Shown in pieces: positions 63,809 to 64,000 of a stretch of 64,000 bases of DNA. Made by a program: the position numbers and the translations under genes. The stretch comes from Marsupella aquatica (Eukaryota > Plantae > Marchantiophyta). The notes beneath the pieces are model-generated. The model saw only the letters and a program-made list of their open reading frames with translations, was not told the origin of the DNA and did not search any database. Positions within the stretch are counted from its first letter, which is position 1. Each line of letters begins with the position of its first letter. Location: assembly GCA_973895155.1 (NCBI GenBank), contig OZ316893.1, forward strand, positions 11,920,359 to 11,984,358, written 5' to 3'.

Positions 63809-64000
63809 ATTGAACTATTAATAGTACATATTTGTAGAACCAGATCTGCATTTAGTAATGTACGTACTGCACAATGTACACAGCTTCACTTTACAATTGT
63901 GAATTAATAATGGGCAATGCAAACCTTGCATGTGTTTATCTTTTATTTTCAAACTCTGCATTCGTGTACAAAACAATGTCTCTCAACATCCTTCCTATGC

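Larger units (their letters stand above)
61409..64000 (+). mobile_element. Left part of a probable PIF/Harbinger element (continues past the window end)
   Basis: TTA at 61406-61408 followed by GGGCGTCTCAAAC, resembling PIF/Tourist termini, then a Myb/SANT-like partner ORF. The transposase and right TIR are not in the window. Confidence 0.55.

Overview
Eukaryotic, intron-containing land-plant DNA. A non-seed plant such as a bryophyte is inferred from the peptidoglycan-hydrolase gene. Host genes: (1) two tandem, intronless receptor-like kinases on the minus strand (14869-16551, 22572-24266), each with a signal peptide, a single 8-Cys hevein/chitin-binding type-1 ectodomain, a TM helix and a non-RD kinase; (2) a 10-exon LysM-LysM-M23 peptidase (DipM/NlpD-like, 30911-33839, minus), which the ORF track shows only as fragments and which was assembled here by hand; (3) a multi-exon CENP-C gene (36629-41136); (4) a 2-exon stand-alone SWIB gene (43470-45046, minus); (5) SRR1 (58649-59581). 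The rest is largely transposon-derived: a CACTA 3' end at 8658, a degenerate CACTA transposase/TnpA region (about 47.8-55.4 kb), a PIF/Harbinger-like element from 61409, a foldback element, and five short TIR elements with 8-bp TSDs and CNCNG termini. Three of those five split reading frames that rejoin exactly when they are removed. All assignments come from motif recognition by eye; no database search was run.
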